From contig JANJGN010000002.1 of assembly GCA_026770705.1 (NCBI GenBank), positions 38,936,001 through 39,000,000 on the forward strand: DNA of 64,000 nt, read 5' to 3'. Shown piece by piece: positions 49,877 to 63,049 of the stretch. A program made the position numbers and the translations under genes. Origin of the DNA: Isurus oxyrinchus. Lineage: Eukaryota. Numbering within the stretch: the stretch's first letter is position 1; each line of letters opens with the position of its first letter. The notes beneath the pieces are model-generated. The model made no database searches, was not told the DNA's origin, and saw only the letters and a list, made by a program, of their open reading frames with translations.

Positions 49877-51235
49877 AACATAAGAACATAAGGACATATG
49901 AAATAGGAGCAGGAGTAGGCCATTTTACACCTCAAGTCTGCACTCCACCATTCCATAAGATTATGGTTGATCTGATGGTGGCTTTAACTCCACTTTCCTG
50001 CCTGCCCCCTTAACTCTTGATTCCCTTATAGAGCAACAATTTGTCTAACTCAGCCTTGAATATATTCAATGACCCAGCTTCCATTTTCCTCTGGAGTGAT
50101 GAATTCCAAAGGTTAACGACCCTCTGAGAGAATAAATTCCTGCTTATCTCGATCTTAAATGGGAGACCCCCTTATTTTTAAACTGTGGCCCCAGTTCAAT
50201 GAGGAGAGATGCTTGCCTTATGAGAAGAGATTGAGCAGTTTAGGCCTATACTTGCTAGAGTTTAGAAGGATGAGAGGAGATCTAATTGAGGTATATAAGA
50301 TGCTAAAGGGGATAGACAAAGTAGACGTAGAGCGGATGTTTCCCTTGTGGGGCATTTTAGAATGAGAGGCCATAGTTTTAGGCTAAGGGGTGGTAGATTT
50401 AAATCAGAGATTAGGAGGAATTACTTTTCTCAAGGGGTCGCGAATCTGTGGAAATCACTACCTCAGAGTGCAGTGGTTGCCGAGATGCTGAATAAATTTA
50501 AGGAGGAGATAGACAGATTTTTAATTAGTAACGGGTTGAAAGGCTATGGGGAGAGGGCGGCAAATTGGATTTGAGGCTGAAATGTGATCAGCCATGATCG
50601 TATTGAATGGCGGGGCAGGCTCCAGGGGCTGAATTGCTTACTCCTGCTCCTAGTTCTTATGTTCTAGATTTCCCCACAAGGGGAAACATCCTCTCAGCAT
50701 GTATCCTTTCAAGTCCTCTCAGAATCTTAAATGTTTCAATAGGATCACCTCTCATTCTTTTAAACTCCAATGTGAATAGGCCAACCTGGTCAATCTTTCC
50801 TCATAAAACAATCCCTGGAATCAACTGACTGAACCTTCTTGTCTCCAGTGCAAGTATATTCCTCCTTAAGTAAGCAGACCAAATCTGTACATGGTACTCG
50901 AGGTGTGGTCTCACCAATGCCCTACAGTTGTAGCAAGGCTTCACTACTTTATCCCCGCCCCTTTTTAAAGTTTGACATTCCATTTGAGTTCCTAATTACT
51001 TGCTGTACCTGCAAGCTAACTTTTTGTGATTCGTGTGCAAGACAGCCAGATCCTTTTGTACATCAGCATTTTGCTGTTTCTCTCCATTTAAATAATATTC
51101 TGCTTTTCTATTCTTGCTGCCAAACAGACAAGCACACATCCTCCCAGTCCATCTGTCAAATTTTTTCCCAATTGCTTAACCTAACTCTATCCCTTTGCAG
51201 ACTCTTGTGCCCTCCTAACTTGCTTTCCTGGTTGT
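49877..51235 (-). mobile_element. CR1 LINE fragment containing a nested opposite-strand CR1 (50195-50661)
   Basis: ACATAAGA-type tail repeats; LVRPHLEY on minus; [27 protein letters not shown] on plus. Confidence 0.85.
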
Positions 51236-52259
51236 AGGCTCCTCGTTCAAGTATGTCCAAGCTGTAGTGATTTCAAAGGTTACATGTTTTACAGCTGAAC
51301 CTATGCTGAAGGATTTGATTACAATGGAGGAAGGGTGTGTGTTCTTGCCCTCACCCTCTCCGCTGCCTTTGCACGATCCCAGAGGCAAGGAGGATCCAAG
51401 ACATCTGCGTTAGTTTGGTAGCTGTGATAAATGGCCAGTACAGGGTGATTCTCTACTTTCACCCTTTGCTGCAGTACACAGGGTTGTTAACGGAGCAAGG
51501 CAAGGAAGTAGGCCCCAAGACCTATCTCAGCCAGTCCTGGGATTGAATCCATGTTGTTCGTTGTATTCTGTACCATATTCTTAGCCAAATGAGCTAACTG
51601 GCCCTTGATTTGCTACCCTATGTTGGAGGGAGCAAGAACCTATATATTTCCATTGGATTATAGTTTGAATTGCCAGATTGCTTCAGAAACTTCAGAGAAT
51701 ACATTAGAGCATGTTTTCAATTATGTAGAACTTTGTCAGTTCAATGTGCCATAGTGAATGAAGTAAATGGTTACTTGCAGTTGAAACTAAAAGGATGCTG
51801 TAGCATTTTGATAGGTGTAGGGGCTCCTTTTTCTAGAAAAGAAAAAAACTGAAGTGATCAGAAACAGGTCCTTAAACTTATAAAGTGCTTTGATGGGAAG
51901 GATGTAGGAAATGTGGCCCTGATAATAACAAAGAGGCAGGAAGGCAGCAGTGGGGAGATATAATGATTGGAAATTGGAACTAACCCGGCTGTCAGGCTAG
52001 TAGGCCTGTGGTGCTAGTCATTCGATGGCTAGTCAGATCACGAGGTGAGGAGGGAGGGTTTTGGACAGATCACTGGCTGTGGGATGGCGGAGGGGTGGGG
52101 GGGTGGGGGGGGGGGGAGGGGTCACCATGTTGGTCACCAAAACGTTAAGGGAGGGGGGCATTCTGGTGACCATTGCTCCCCCTGGCGGTCAACGGCTAGG
52201 ATACACATGCAAAAGAAGCAAAGATAAAAGGGAAAAATGACTCCCAAGTTCAGTCCTCC

Positions 52260-52368
52260 TCAGGCTATCCTGGAAATAAGGAACAAAAGGCATCTCATAA
52301 GGGATGCGGGGCAAACAGTCAAAATAAGGGACAATACCTTAAGATATGGGACAATTGGTCACCCTAGG
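52260..52368. mobile_element. hAT-type MITE end
   Basis: Subterminal GGGACA repeats and terminal GGTCACCCTA; similar TAGGGTTG../GGCAACCCTA ends at ~39046 and ~41078. Confidence 0.4.
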
Positions 52369-52600
52369 CAGATGAGCTTTCAAGGTACTCCTGTAGCACA
52401 GAAAACTCAGCAACAATGCTGGCCGATGCAGAGAAGTTAACCAATGAATAGACCAAGTACTTTTGATTCACTGAGGATAATTTTCACTGAAGTGTACAGT
52501 ACTATTATCCGGGATGTGAATTAAAAAATTCTATGCAATCCTGTGGGTTTCCCACTCCGTTAGGTTAAAAATATTCCACACAAATTTTGGATCATAAGGG

Positions 52601-52847
52601 TGTTTGGCATAGCAAGAGTTAATGTGGGACTGGAGAACAGTACTGCCCAGAGTATGATGTAGAGTCACATGACAGGAGACAGAGTTGTATGGAGAGACCC
52701 GAGTAGAAGTCAGCATGAAGTTAGCTCCTAATCTGGGCTATCCTTTGTACAAATGTACACAGTTATGTGTTACCAATAAACACTAATGTTCAATCATACA
52801 AGTCCCTGAACCACTTTGTGAGACCTACTGAATAAATACTTACAACA
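52601..52847 (+). mobile_element. Short Gypsy-type LTR followed by a PBS
   Basis: TG...CA termini, AATAAA, immediately followed by TGGTGGCAG. Confidence 0.7.
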
Positions 52848-53094
52848 TGGTGGCAGTCAATGAAGGAACCCAGAACCAAATGAGCTGGTGAAGGATCCAG
52901 AATCTGAAAAACTAAAGGAACAGCATCCTCACTTGAATGGAGTGCACCTGAACCAAATACACAGATAGAAATCACCTAAAAAGAAGCTCCATTGCAGACA
53001 TGAAGCTGAAGGGCAGAGGAAAAATCCACTGTGCAGCTAAAGAACTCCACCAGAGCATGTGGAGGTCCATGAATTGCAGAATCTATTTAAGAAT

Positions 53095-54527
53095 CTCTGT
53101 TTAAGAAGGGAGTGAGGCAAAAGACGGGAAATTACAGGCCGATTAGCCTGACCTCGGTCGTTGGTAAGATTTTAGAGTCCATTAATGAGGATGAGATTTC
53201 CGAATACTTGGAAGTGCATAGTAAAGTAGGGCAAAGTAAGCATGGTTTCATCAAGGGGAGGTCATGCCTGAAAAATCTGTTAGAATTCTTTGAGGAGGTA
53301 ACGAGTAGTTTAGACAAAGGAGAGCCAATGGATTTTATCTACTTGGACTTCCAGAAGGCCTTTGACAAGGTACCGCACAGGAGGCTGCTCAGTAAGATAA
53401 GAGCCCATGGTGTTAGAGGCAAGGTACTAGCATGGATAGAAGATTGGCTGTCTGGCAGGAGGCAGAGAGTGGGGATAAGGGGGTCCTTTTCAGGATGGCG
53501 GCCGGTGACTAGTGGAGTTCTGCAGGGGTCAGTGTTGGGACCACAACTTTTTTCTTTATACATTAATGATCTAGATGAAGGAACTGGGGGCTTCCTGGCT
53601 AAGTTTGCAGATGATACAAAGATAGTGGAGGGATAGATAGTATTGAGGAGGCAGGGAGGCTGCAGAAGGATTTGGACAGGTTCGGAGAATGGGCAAAGAA
53701 GTGACAGATGGAATACAACGTGGGGAAATGTGAGGTCATGCACTTTGGCAGGAAGAATAGAGGCATAGACTATTTTCTAAATGGGGAGAGAATTCAGAAA
53801 TCTGGAGTGCAAAGGGACTTGGGGAGTCCTAGTCCAGGATTCTCTTAAGGTTAACTTGCAGGTTGAGTCGGTAGCTAGGAAGGCAAATGCAATGTTGGCA
53901 TTTATTTCGAGAGGACTAGAATATAAAAGCAGGGATGTGCTGCTGAGGCTTTATAAGGCTCTGGTCAGATCACATTTAGAATATTGTAAGCAATTTTGGG
54001 CCCCGTACCTCAGGAAGGATGTTCTGGCCCTGGAGAGGGTCCAGAGGAGGTTCATGAGAACGATCCCAGGAATGAAAGGCTTAACATATGAGGAAGGTTT
54101 GAGGACTCTGGGTCTATACTCGATGGAGTTTAGAAGAATGAGGGGGGATCTGATTGAAACTTACAGAATACTGAAAGTCCTGGATAGAGTGGAAGTGGGG
54201 AAGATGTTTCCATTAGTAGGAGAGACTAGGACCGGAGGGCACAGCCTCAGAGTAAAGGGAAGACCTTTTAGAACAGAGATGAGGAGAAACTTCTTTAGCC
54301 AGAGAGTGGTGAATCTATGGAATTCATTGCCACAGAAGGCTGTGGAGGCCAGGTCATTGAGTGTATTTAAGACCGAGATGGATAGGTTCTTGACTGGTAA
54401 GGTGATCAAAGGTTACGGGGCGAAGGTGGGAGAATGGGGTTGAGAAATTTATCAGCCATGATTGAATGGTGGAGCAGACTCAATGGGCCGAATGGCCTAA
54501 TTTCTGCTCCTATGTCTTATGGTCTTA
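53095..54527 (+). mobile_element. CR1 LINE, RT through 3' end (relatively young)
   Basis: [41 protein letters not shown]; tail TATGTCTTATGGTCTTAT. Confidence 0.92.
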
Positions 54528-54625
54528 TAATCAAATGACCTAGCAAGGGTGAGCAAAAATTCAGTTCTACAGGCTATTAATCAGTCAGAGTAGTCTGTTT
54601 CATTAATCACCACAGCCAGCCCGGG

Positions 54626-54756
54626 TTCATGCTGACTTCTATTCAGGTCTCTACATACAACTCTGTCTCCTGTCTACTGTCATGTGACTCTGTACATCAT
54701 ACTCTGGGCAGTACTGTTCTCCAGTCCTACGTTAACTCTTGCTATGCCGAACACCC
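54626..54756 (-). repeat. Inverted copy of the 5' half of LTR 52601-52847
   Basis: Reverse complement of ~52598-52719; flanked by direct repeat CCCGGGTTCA (54620-54629, 54754-54763). Confidence 0.85.
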
Positions 54757-55089
54757 GGGTTCAGAGCTGGCATCATACCACGTGGCAGCCGAGCTCTGTT
54801 TGGAAAAAAAATGAAATTTTAAAAACTCAGCTAAAGCGGGGAAATCACCTTTCAATTACCCTACTCTGAAAACTTTCTGTAGTGCCCAAATTAGAAAATT
54901 TGCTGCAAGAAGTCAATCCCTTTGAAGTTGGGTCCATGATTGCTGCAGCAGCCCACCAAAACACGACAAGCGTGGGAAGAAGCATTGAAAAAACTGCAGT
55001 GCCATCTTTAAAAGTGAAACAGCATTTAATGCTGTACCTGCATGAGCTGAATAGCAAAACATGGTTAATAAATCAACCCTATCAGACCA

Positions 55090-58000
55090 ATTTGGGCTGA
55101 TACAAGGACCAGATCAGTTGCAGAATTGGAGGCTTTGGCAAAAAAGATTTTCAAGATATATGGTAGCTTCAGGTTTATATAAGATAGGCTGAATAAATAA
55201 ATACACTAATGTAGTCAATAAGCCCAATTGCTGATGACATAATTACAAGGCAAGGAATAAATGAATCTTCAGATAAGTTTGATGAGATTCCGGAATCCAT
55301 TGATACCTACTTTAAGAAGTAAGAAAATGTTATATTGTGCAAAGTTCAACAAGTGAATCCAAGAGCCTGGAGAATGTGTTGACTCTTTCATAAATGGATT
55401 ATAAAGATTAGCTGAAGGTTGCGACTACATCAACCTTAAGTCAGAGCTCATGGGAGACCAAATAGTAGTCGAAGTGATGATGCCCTCTCAGACATATGAC
55501 AGGCAAAAGTAGATGTGACTCTAGAAAAGGCAATCCAATTAGTCAGGCAGTCTGGAATTCATGAACAACTGGTCCATTATATGAGATGAGATTAAGCCAT
55601 AGCATAGAGCAACCCCAAATGTCAGCTCCTAAAGCAAGAAAAAGGGCAGGGAGACTTCAAGCCATGGAAGACAATACTCAAACAGATGACACGATGTTGG
55701 GAGACCATGTCAGCGCTGTGGAGCCAAAAGATCTCACAAGTGAAAGCAATGTCCAGCAATCTCTGCGCAGTGTATCAACTGCAACTGGCTGGGACACTTT
55801 GGAAAGCTATGCAAGTTTAAGACATGGGGAGAACCCCAAAACAGTCCACGAGATTAAGGCACCACACCAGGAAGCAGCCCAACTATGTTTCTTGGGTGAC
55901 GTCAAGCATTCTGGATTCTTCTTTTGGAATGTTGACATCTTTGTAAACAATTACCTCACCAGTTTCAAATTTGACACAGGAGCCAGTGTTACGGTCATCC
56001 CAGATAAGGAAGTATGACTGGTGAAGAATGCCTGATGCCACCTAAAACACAGCTGTACGCGCAGGCGGCATTAAGCTCCTAGTTAAAGATACGTTACAAG
56101 CCACAATTCAATGCTAAAACAAATACAGGAGACGTTATTTGTACTCCACAATCAATAATTTTCCCTCTTGAGCAAGCAAGTCTGTGTCAACCTCAATCTC
56201 CTTCAGAAAATTGACGAGGTTAACCAGCAAGGGTCTGGTTCCAATTTTACAAAAGAGTTTTCAAAACTTTTCATTGGATTGGGGCGACTGAAGACCACAT
56301 ACAGTATTATATTGAGAGAGGATGCCAAACCCATGTGCATGTACACACCACAGAAAATACTGCACCCGCTTATGAAGCAGGTGCAGCACAACTGGACGAG
56401 TTGATTAAAATGGGGGTCATCTCCCCCATCACTTAGTTGATGGAATGGTGTTCTGGGATAGTCCCAGCTCCAAACCCAAACAGATCCATTCGCATTTGTG
56501 TCAACCTGACACAATTCAACAAAGCAGTGGTGAGAGAAGTCCACCCGATGTCCTCGGTGGACAACAGCCAGACCAAGCTCTCCAGAAGCACAGTGTTTTC
56601 AAAGCTCAATGCCAACAGTGATTTATGGCAACTGCCACTAGGTGAGGATTGCTGACTACGTTTATCACCCCAGTTGGCAGATTCTGTTTCAACCACTTGC
56701 CCTTCAGCATTACCTTAGCACCCAAAATTTTTCAGTGCACAACATCAGCCATCTTACAAGGCCTGGAGGATGGGGAGCTGATGGTGTAGTGGTATTGTTG
56801 CTGGAATAGTAATCCAGACACCCAGGGTAATGCTCTGGGGCCCAGGTTCAAATCCTGCCACAGCAGATGGTGGAATTTGAATTCAATAAACTTTTGGAAT
56901 TAAAAGTCAAACGATGATCATGAAACCATTGTCGATTGTTGTAAAAACCCATCTGGTTCACTAATGTCCTTTTAAGGAAGGAAATCTGTTGTCCTTCCCT
57001 GGCCTGGCCTACATGTGACTCCAGACCCACAGCAATGTGATTGACTCTTAACTACCCTCTGAAATGGCCTAGCAAGCCATTCAGCTGTAACAAACCACTA
57101 CAAAGTCACAAAAAAAGAATAAAACTGGACCGACCACCCGGCATTGACCTGGGCACCAGAAACAACAACGGCAATCTCACCCCTGGTAACCCAGCAAAGT
57201 CCTCCTTACTAACATCTGGGGTCTAGTGTCAAAATTCAGATAGCTGCCTCACAGGCTAGTCAAGCAACAGCCTGACATAGTCATCCTCACGGAATCATAC
57301 CTTACAGATAATGTCCTAGACACCACCATCACCATCCCTGTGGCAGCACAACGGTAAACAGTTGGGAGGGAGTTGCCGTGGGAGTCATCAACATCAGCTC
57401 TGGACCCCGTGAAGTCTCATGGCATCAGGTCAAACATGGACAAGGATACCTCCTGCTGATTACCATGTACTGCCCTCCCTCAGCTGATAAATCAGCGCTC
57501 CTCCATTTTGAACACCACTTGGAGGAAACACTCAGGGTGGCAAGGGTGTCGAATGTACTCTGGGCGGGGGACTTCAGTGTCCATCACCAAGAGTGGTTCA
57601 GTAGCACCGCTACTGACCCAGCTGGCTGAGTTCTAAATGCTATACTGGGTCAACAGCAGGTGGTGAGGGAACCAAAAAGAGGGAAAAACATACTTGACCT
57701 CATCCTCACCAACCTGCCTGCCGCAGATGCATATGTCCTTGAAAGTATCGGTAGGAGTGACCACAGCATAGCCATTGTGGAGACGAAGTCCCGTCTTCAC
57801 ATTGGGGATACTCTCCATCGTGTTGTGTGGCACTACCGCCATGCTAAATGGGATAGATTTTCGTACAGAATCTAGCAACTCAAGACTGGGCATCCATGAG
57901 GCGCTGTGGGCCATCAGCAGCAGCAGAATTGTACTTGAACACAATCAGTAACCACATGGCCTGGCATATCCCCCAGTCTACCATTACCATCAAGCGAGGG

Positions 58001-61000
58001 GATCAACCCTGGTTCAATGAAGAGTGCAGGAGGTCCTGCCAGGAGCGGCACCAGGCATACCTTAAAATGAGGTATCAACCTGGTGAAGCTATAATACAGG
58101 ACTACTTGTGTGCCTATCAGCATAAGCATCAAGTGATAGACAGGGCTAAGCGATCCCACAACCAACGGATAGATCCAAGCTCTGCAGTCCTGCCACATCC
58201 AGTTGTGAATCGTGGTGGACAATTAAACAACTCACTGGAGGAGGAGGCTCGACAAATATCCCCATCCTCAATGACAGGAGGAGCCCAGCACATCAGTACA
58301 AAAGATAAGGCTGAAGAATTTGCTACAATCTTCAGCCAGAAGTGCCGAGTGGATGATCCACCTCAGCCTCCTCCAGTGGTCCCCAGCATCACAGATGCCA
58401 GTCTGAAGGCACTTGATAGTGCAAAGGCCATGGGCCCTGACAACATTCCAGCAATAGTCCTGAAGACTTGTACTCCAGAACTTGTCCAGCCAAGCTGTTC
58501 CATTACAGCTACAACACTGGCATCTACCTGGCTATGTGGAAAATTGCCCAGGTATGGCCTGTACACAAAAAGCAGGACAAATCCAACCCAGCCAATTATC
58601 GCCCCATCAGTCTACTCTCCATCATCAGTAAAGTAATGAAAGGGATCATCAGCCGTGCTATCAACCGGTAGTTGCTTAGCAAAAACCTGCTCACTGATGC
58701 TCAGTTTGGGTTCCACCAAGGCCATTCAGCTCCTGACCTTATAACAGCCTTGGTTCAAACATGGACAAAAGAGCTGAGCTCCCAAGGTGAGGTGAGAGTG
58801 ACAGCCCCTGACGTCAAGGCAGCATTTGACTGAGTGTGGCATCAAGGAGCCCTAGCAAAACTGGAGCCAATGGGAATCAGGGGGAAAACTCTCCACTGGT
58901 TGGAGTCATACCTAGCACAAAGGAAGATGGTTGTGGTTGTTGGAGGTCAGGCATCTCAGCTGCAGGACATCACTGCTGGAGATCCTCAGGTTAGTGTCCT
59001 CGGCCCAATCATCTTCAGCTTCCTCATCAATGACTTTCCTTCCATCATAAGGTCAGAAGTGTGGATGTTCGCTGATGATTGCACAATGTTTAGCACCATT
59101 TGCGAATCCTCAGATACTGACGGCAGTCCATGTCCAAATGCAGCAAGACCTGGAGAATATCCAGGCTTGTGCTGACAAGTGGCAAGTAAAATTCGCGCCA
59201 CACAAGTGTCAGGCAATGACCATCTCCAACAAGAGAGAATCCAACCATCGCCTCTTGATGTTCAATGGCATTGCCATCACTGAATCCCCCACTATCAACC
59301 TCTTGGGGGTTACCATTGACCAGAAACTGAACTGGACTAGCCATATAAATAATGTGGCTACAAGAGCAGGTCAGAAGCTAGGAATCATGCGATGTGTAAC
59401 CCACCTCCTGACTTCCCAAAACCTGTCCACCATCTACAAAGCACAAATCAGGAGTGTGATGGAATACTCCCCACTTGCCTGGATGAATGCGGCTCCCATA
59501 ACACTCAAGAAGCTTGACCTTGTCCAGGACAAAGCAGTCCGCTTGATTGGCACCACATCCACAAACATTCACTCCCTCCACCACTGACGCATAGTAGCAG
59601 CAATGTGTACCATCTACAAGATGCACGGCAGGAATTCACCAAGGCTCCTTTGACAGCACCTTCCCAACCCACGACCAGTACCATCTAGCAGGACAAGGGC
59701 AGCAGATAGATGGGAACACCACCACTTGGAAGTTCCCCTCTAAATCACTCACCATCCTGACTTGGAAATATATCACCGTTCTTTCACTGTCGCTGGGTCA
59801 AAATCCTGGAACTCCCTTCCTAACAGTGCTACACCAAATGGACTGCAGCGGTTCAAGAAGGCAGCTTACCCCACTTTCTCAAGGGCAAGTAGGGATGGGC
59901 AATAAATGCTTGCCCTGCCAGCAAAGCCCACAGCCCACGAATGAATAAAAAAAAAAGCTACCATTTGGATGAAGTTTTTGTCCATGGTATGGCTGCTAAG
60001 GAGAACAAGTGGAGGCTCATGGCTGTCTTAGTATGCTTGCAGGAAGCAGGGCAGACACTGAACAAGAAATGTGAGTACCCTTAAGACCTCTATTCAGTTC
60101 TTAGGTTATAATGTGAGCAACAAAGGCGTCATGGTAGACCCACGCAAAACAAAGGTAATCAGCAAGTTCCCAACCCCATCATCTATTCCAGACCTCCAAA
60201 GGTTCCTGGGCATGGTGAACCAGCTGGCAAAATTTCTGCCCGACCTGGTGCAGGTCACAGAGACCCTGCGGTACCTTCTCAAAAAGGGCCAGGCATGGAG
60301 CAAGCCTTTAGTCACATCGTTGGTATGCTGCTCTCACCTGATATCCTAGCTCACTACAACCCATTCCTGCCCACTAAATAGCAGTGGATGCCTCCTACAC
60401 AGACCTCGTGGCATATTTATTCCAGAATCAAATGGATGTATGTCACTGACCAGTGTATTGCGCATCTAGAGAACTATTAGTCACAAAGATACGCTATGCA
60501 GTTATTGAAAAGGAAGCTCTCACAATCATGTGTCCTTTAAGAATTTCTCTGACTAAATTTTTGGCCTGTAAGTCACCATTGAAACGGATCATAAACCACT
60601 AGTTTCACTGTCAGATGAGAAGGAATTTGCAAAGCTGACCCCCAGAATTCAGAGATTCTGCTAGTGTCTCATGCGCTTTGTATATATGGTGTATGTTCAA
60701 GGGAAACATCACATGACTGCAGACACTACCCGGGGCCACAGTCGACCTTCCTGCAACACGTGATGTCAACCTGGTCCATGAGCTCAAGTTGTATTCCCAA
60801 TTGGTGAGAAAATAACTGCAAAGCAAAGCAACTGAGTCTACTACTCCTCCAAGTGTGACCAGAACAACATCTGGAAGAATTGTCAAGCCTCCAGACTGTC
60901 TGAATTTATAAAGTCAGAGACTTGAGGGGGGTGAAGGTGTAGCACATAAAGAAAGATTGTACTATAAATATGTTGGTAAAGACTTGAATTGAGGTGTAGT

Positions 61001-61005
61001 ATAAG
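55090..61005 (+). mobile_element. Decayed Gypsy internal region (gag with CCHC knuckle, protease, RT, RNase H; integrase deleted; PPT), split by a LINE
   Basis: CINCNWLGHFGKLC, FKFDTGASVTVI, RICVNLTQFNK, LPF..APKIFQ, QFLGY, LQRFLGMVN, DAS, ETDHKPL, SGRIVKPPD, PPT TTGAGGGGGG then TGT. Confidence 0.85.
56772..59956 (+). mobile_element. Near full-length APE-RT LINE (CR1/L2-group-like RT) with tRNA-derived 5' head and no ORF1
   Basis: A/B boxes at 56782 and 56845; APE NIWGL..DIVILTES, GDF, LDLILTN, SDH; RT NYRPISLL, QFGF, AFD, FADD; 3' ATGAATA(n); stops and frameshifts present. Confidence 0.85.
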
Positions 61006-61009
61006 GGTC

Positions 61010-61117
61010 ACAAATAAAAACAGAAAATGCTGGAAAAACTCAGGATGGCCTAGCAGCATCTGTGGAGAGAGAAACATAATTAACGTTTTGAGTCCGTATG
61101 ACCCTTCTTCAGAGCTG
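61010..61117 (-). mobile_element. Solo PLE terminal repeat with canonical-core hammerhead remnant
   Basis: Reverse complement CT CTGAAGA A GGGTC ATACG GACTC AAAAC GTTA followed by the PLE 3' end. Confidence 0.7.
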
Positions 61118-61281
61118 AAAAAAAGCTCAGTGCTGCTGGAGTGGGAGCGGGAGGAGGATGGGCGATGACGTTAACTCAGGTGTGGGCGAGTGGTGAGAGA
61201 AAGCTCCCTGAAGACATAGAGCTGCCTCAGGGAGCTGCAGACCCAAAAATGTTTCAAAGTTTTAAAAAGCAGAAAAAGAAT

Positions 61282-61944
61282 GGGCAGAATTTAGCCCTAG
61301 GCTGGCGGACGGACAGCCGAACCCCGCTGCCGAAACGAGGCCTACCGCCATTTTGAGTGGGCGGGCCAATTAAGGCCCACCCAGCGGCCTGCCCAACAGG
61401 AAGTGCTATGTGCTCCCTGTTCCGGGGGGAGAATCCCCAACTGTCAAAGTGCACTCTTTCACACTTGTGCGCGAAAGAGCACACTGCTCCCTGAAGCAAA
61501 ATCCTGTCTCAGGAAGTTTAGTGAAAGGTAAGTAAAGTCAAAAAATAGAGACATTTTAAAATTATTAACATGTGCCCCTCATGTGACAATGTCACACGAG
61601 ATGGGATGTGTTGATAACAAACTCATAAAATTTATTAAATTTTTGCAAAACAGTAATGAAACTTCATCCCGCCAGTGGAAGAAGTTTCATTAATAATCTA
61701 CAGGCTGCTGGGGCTCCTTAAGGTTGGCCGGGCAGGGCATTTAACTATCTTAATGAGCCTGTCAATGGCCTTAATTGGCCATTGACAGGTCGGCTGGCGA
61801 ACAGCTGATTTTGCTATCCGCCCGCCTTCCTTAAGATTTAAATGGCCCAGGATGACGTCGGGGATTCCTCCCGACATCATCCCGGGTCATTTTCCCCTCG
61901 GCGAGCGGGCCCCGCCCCAAATCGCCAAGGGGAAAATCCTGGCC
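61282..61944 (-). mobile_element. MITE nested in a related MITE (~61125-62303)
   Basis: TIRs GGGCAGAATTT / AAAATCCTGGCC, 3-bp TSD AAT; inverted homolog of 12808-13489. Confidence 0.8.
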
Positions 61945-63049
61945 AATGTCTGAGCATCACAATCAGGCTTTTGATAAAAATGCTGCCCATAGCATTTTAT
62001 TTCATTACGGAAAGCTCTTTCCACACTTGGATGAGGTTTCATAAAAAATGTAAGGGCTGCCTGGCTGATTCGCCCGTCTGCCAACTGTAAGGTTGGATGG
62101 GTGATGAAAAATAGCAGACAATTGCGCCGTTAATGGGCTTAACTGCCCTCTTAATTGTTAACGGGTGCGCTTCCAACTTCCGTGTGCGCCTGCTGAGCAA
62201 AATATTGCCCAAGTGCACAATGACGTTGGAATGCTCGCCCGATGTCATCTCATGCCCGATCGGATCGGGGGCGCGCCTGCCCGAGCAACATAAAATTCAG
62301 CCCATGTTTGTGGTACATTTTTATTTTCTTGCCCTGATGGCGCAGAAGTGTTGAAGGTGATGACAAAATGGAGGCAACACACCTTGGTGAAAATATGTCA
62401 TGAAGCTATCTGGTATCACATGGTGAATGATAATGTAATAAAATGTATATTTTTAGTAGTTTGCTAGTTTTTGAGCCATCCAGTATGTTAGAAAGCATTT
62501 AGCCGTCATACAACTTTACGATGCCAGCAACCACAAAAATTAACATTTGTGCCCCAATGGTGCATACCAAATACTCCATGTGGTGAAGGCAATGTTTTTA
62601 TTTTTCTTCTCTTTGCTAAAATTGCCTTTCAGGAATTCTGATGTGCCAAGATAATTATTCTGAAATTCAGCTGCAGCACAAATAAACTTAGGAGATTTAA
62701 ATTACTTGGACCCCATTTATGCCCTTCTAAGGCTCTTCCAATTCTGGTCTCTTGTATATCCCTGATTTTAATTGCTCCACGATTGACAGCCATTCAGCTG
62801 CCTGGGCCCGAGGTTCTGGCATTCCTTACCTAAACCTCTCTATACCCCTCTACATCTGTTTCCACCCTCTTGGGATGTCATAATCAAGGCAACCCATCTC
62901 ACATGCAAGAGGCAATCGCTTTGTTGTTGGAGAATAGCAAATCACATGAGACTGAAACCTCAAAAGTGCAATGCTATGGAATTGTATTTTATGCACAACC
63001 CCCCGATTCCCCTCTCATCAGACGATGCTGAGTTTGCACAACAAGCGTG

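Noticed and set aside
56772-56862. Genuine tRNA gene
   Set aside because: Poor acceptor stem, extra long arm, no T-run terminator, contiguous with retroelement sequence and repeated at 36091
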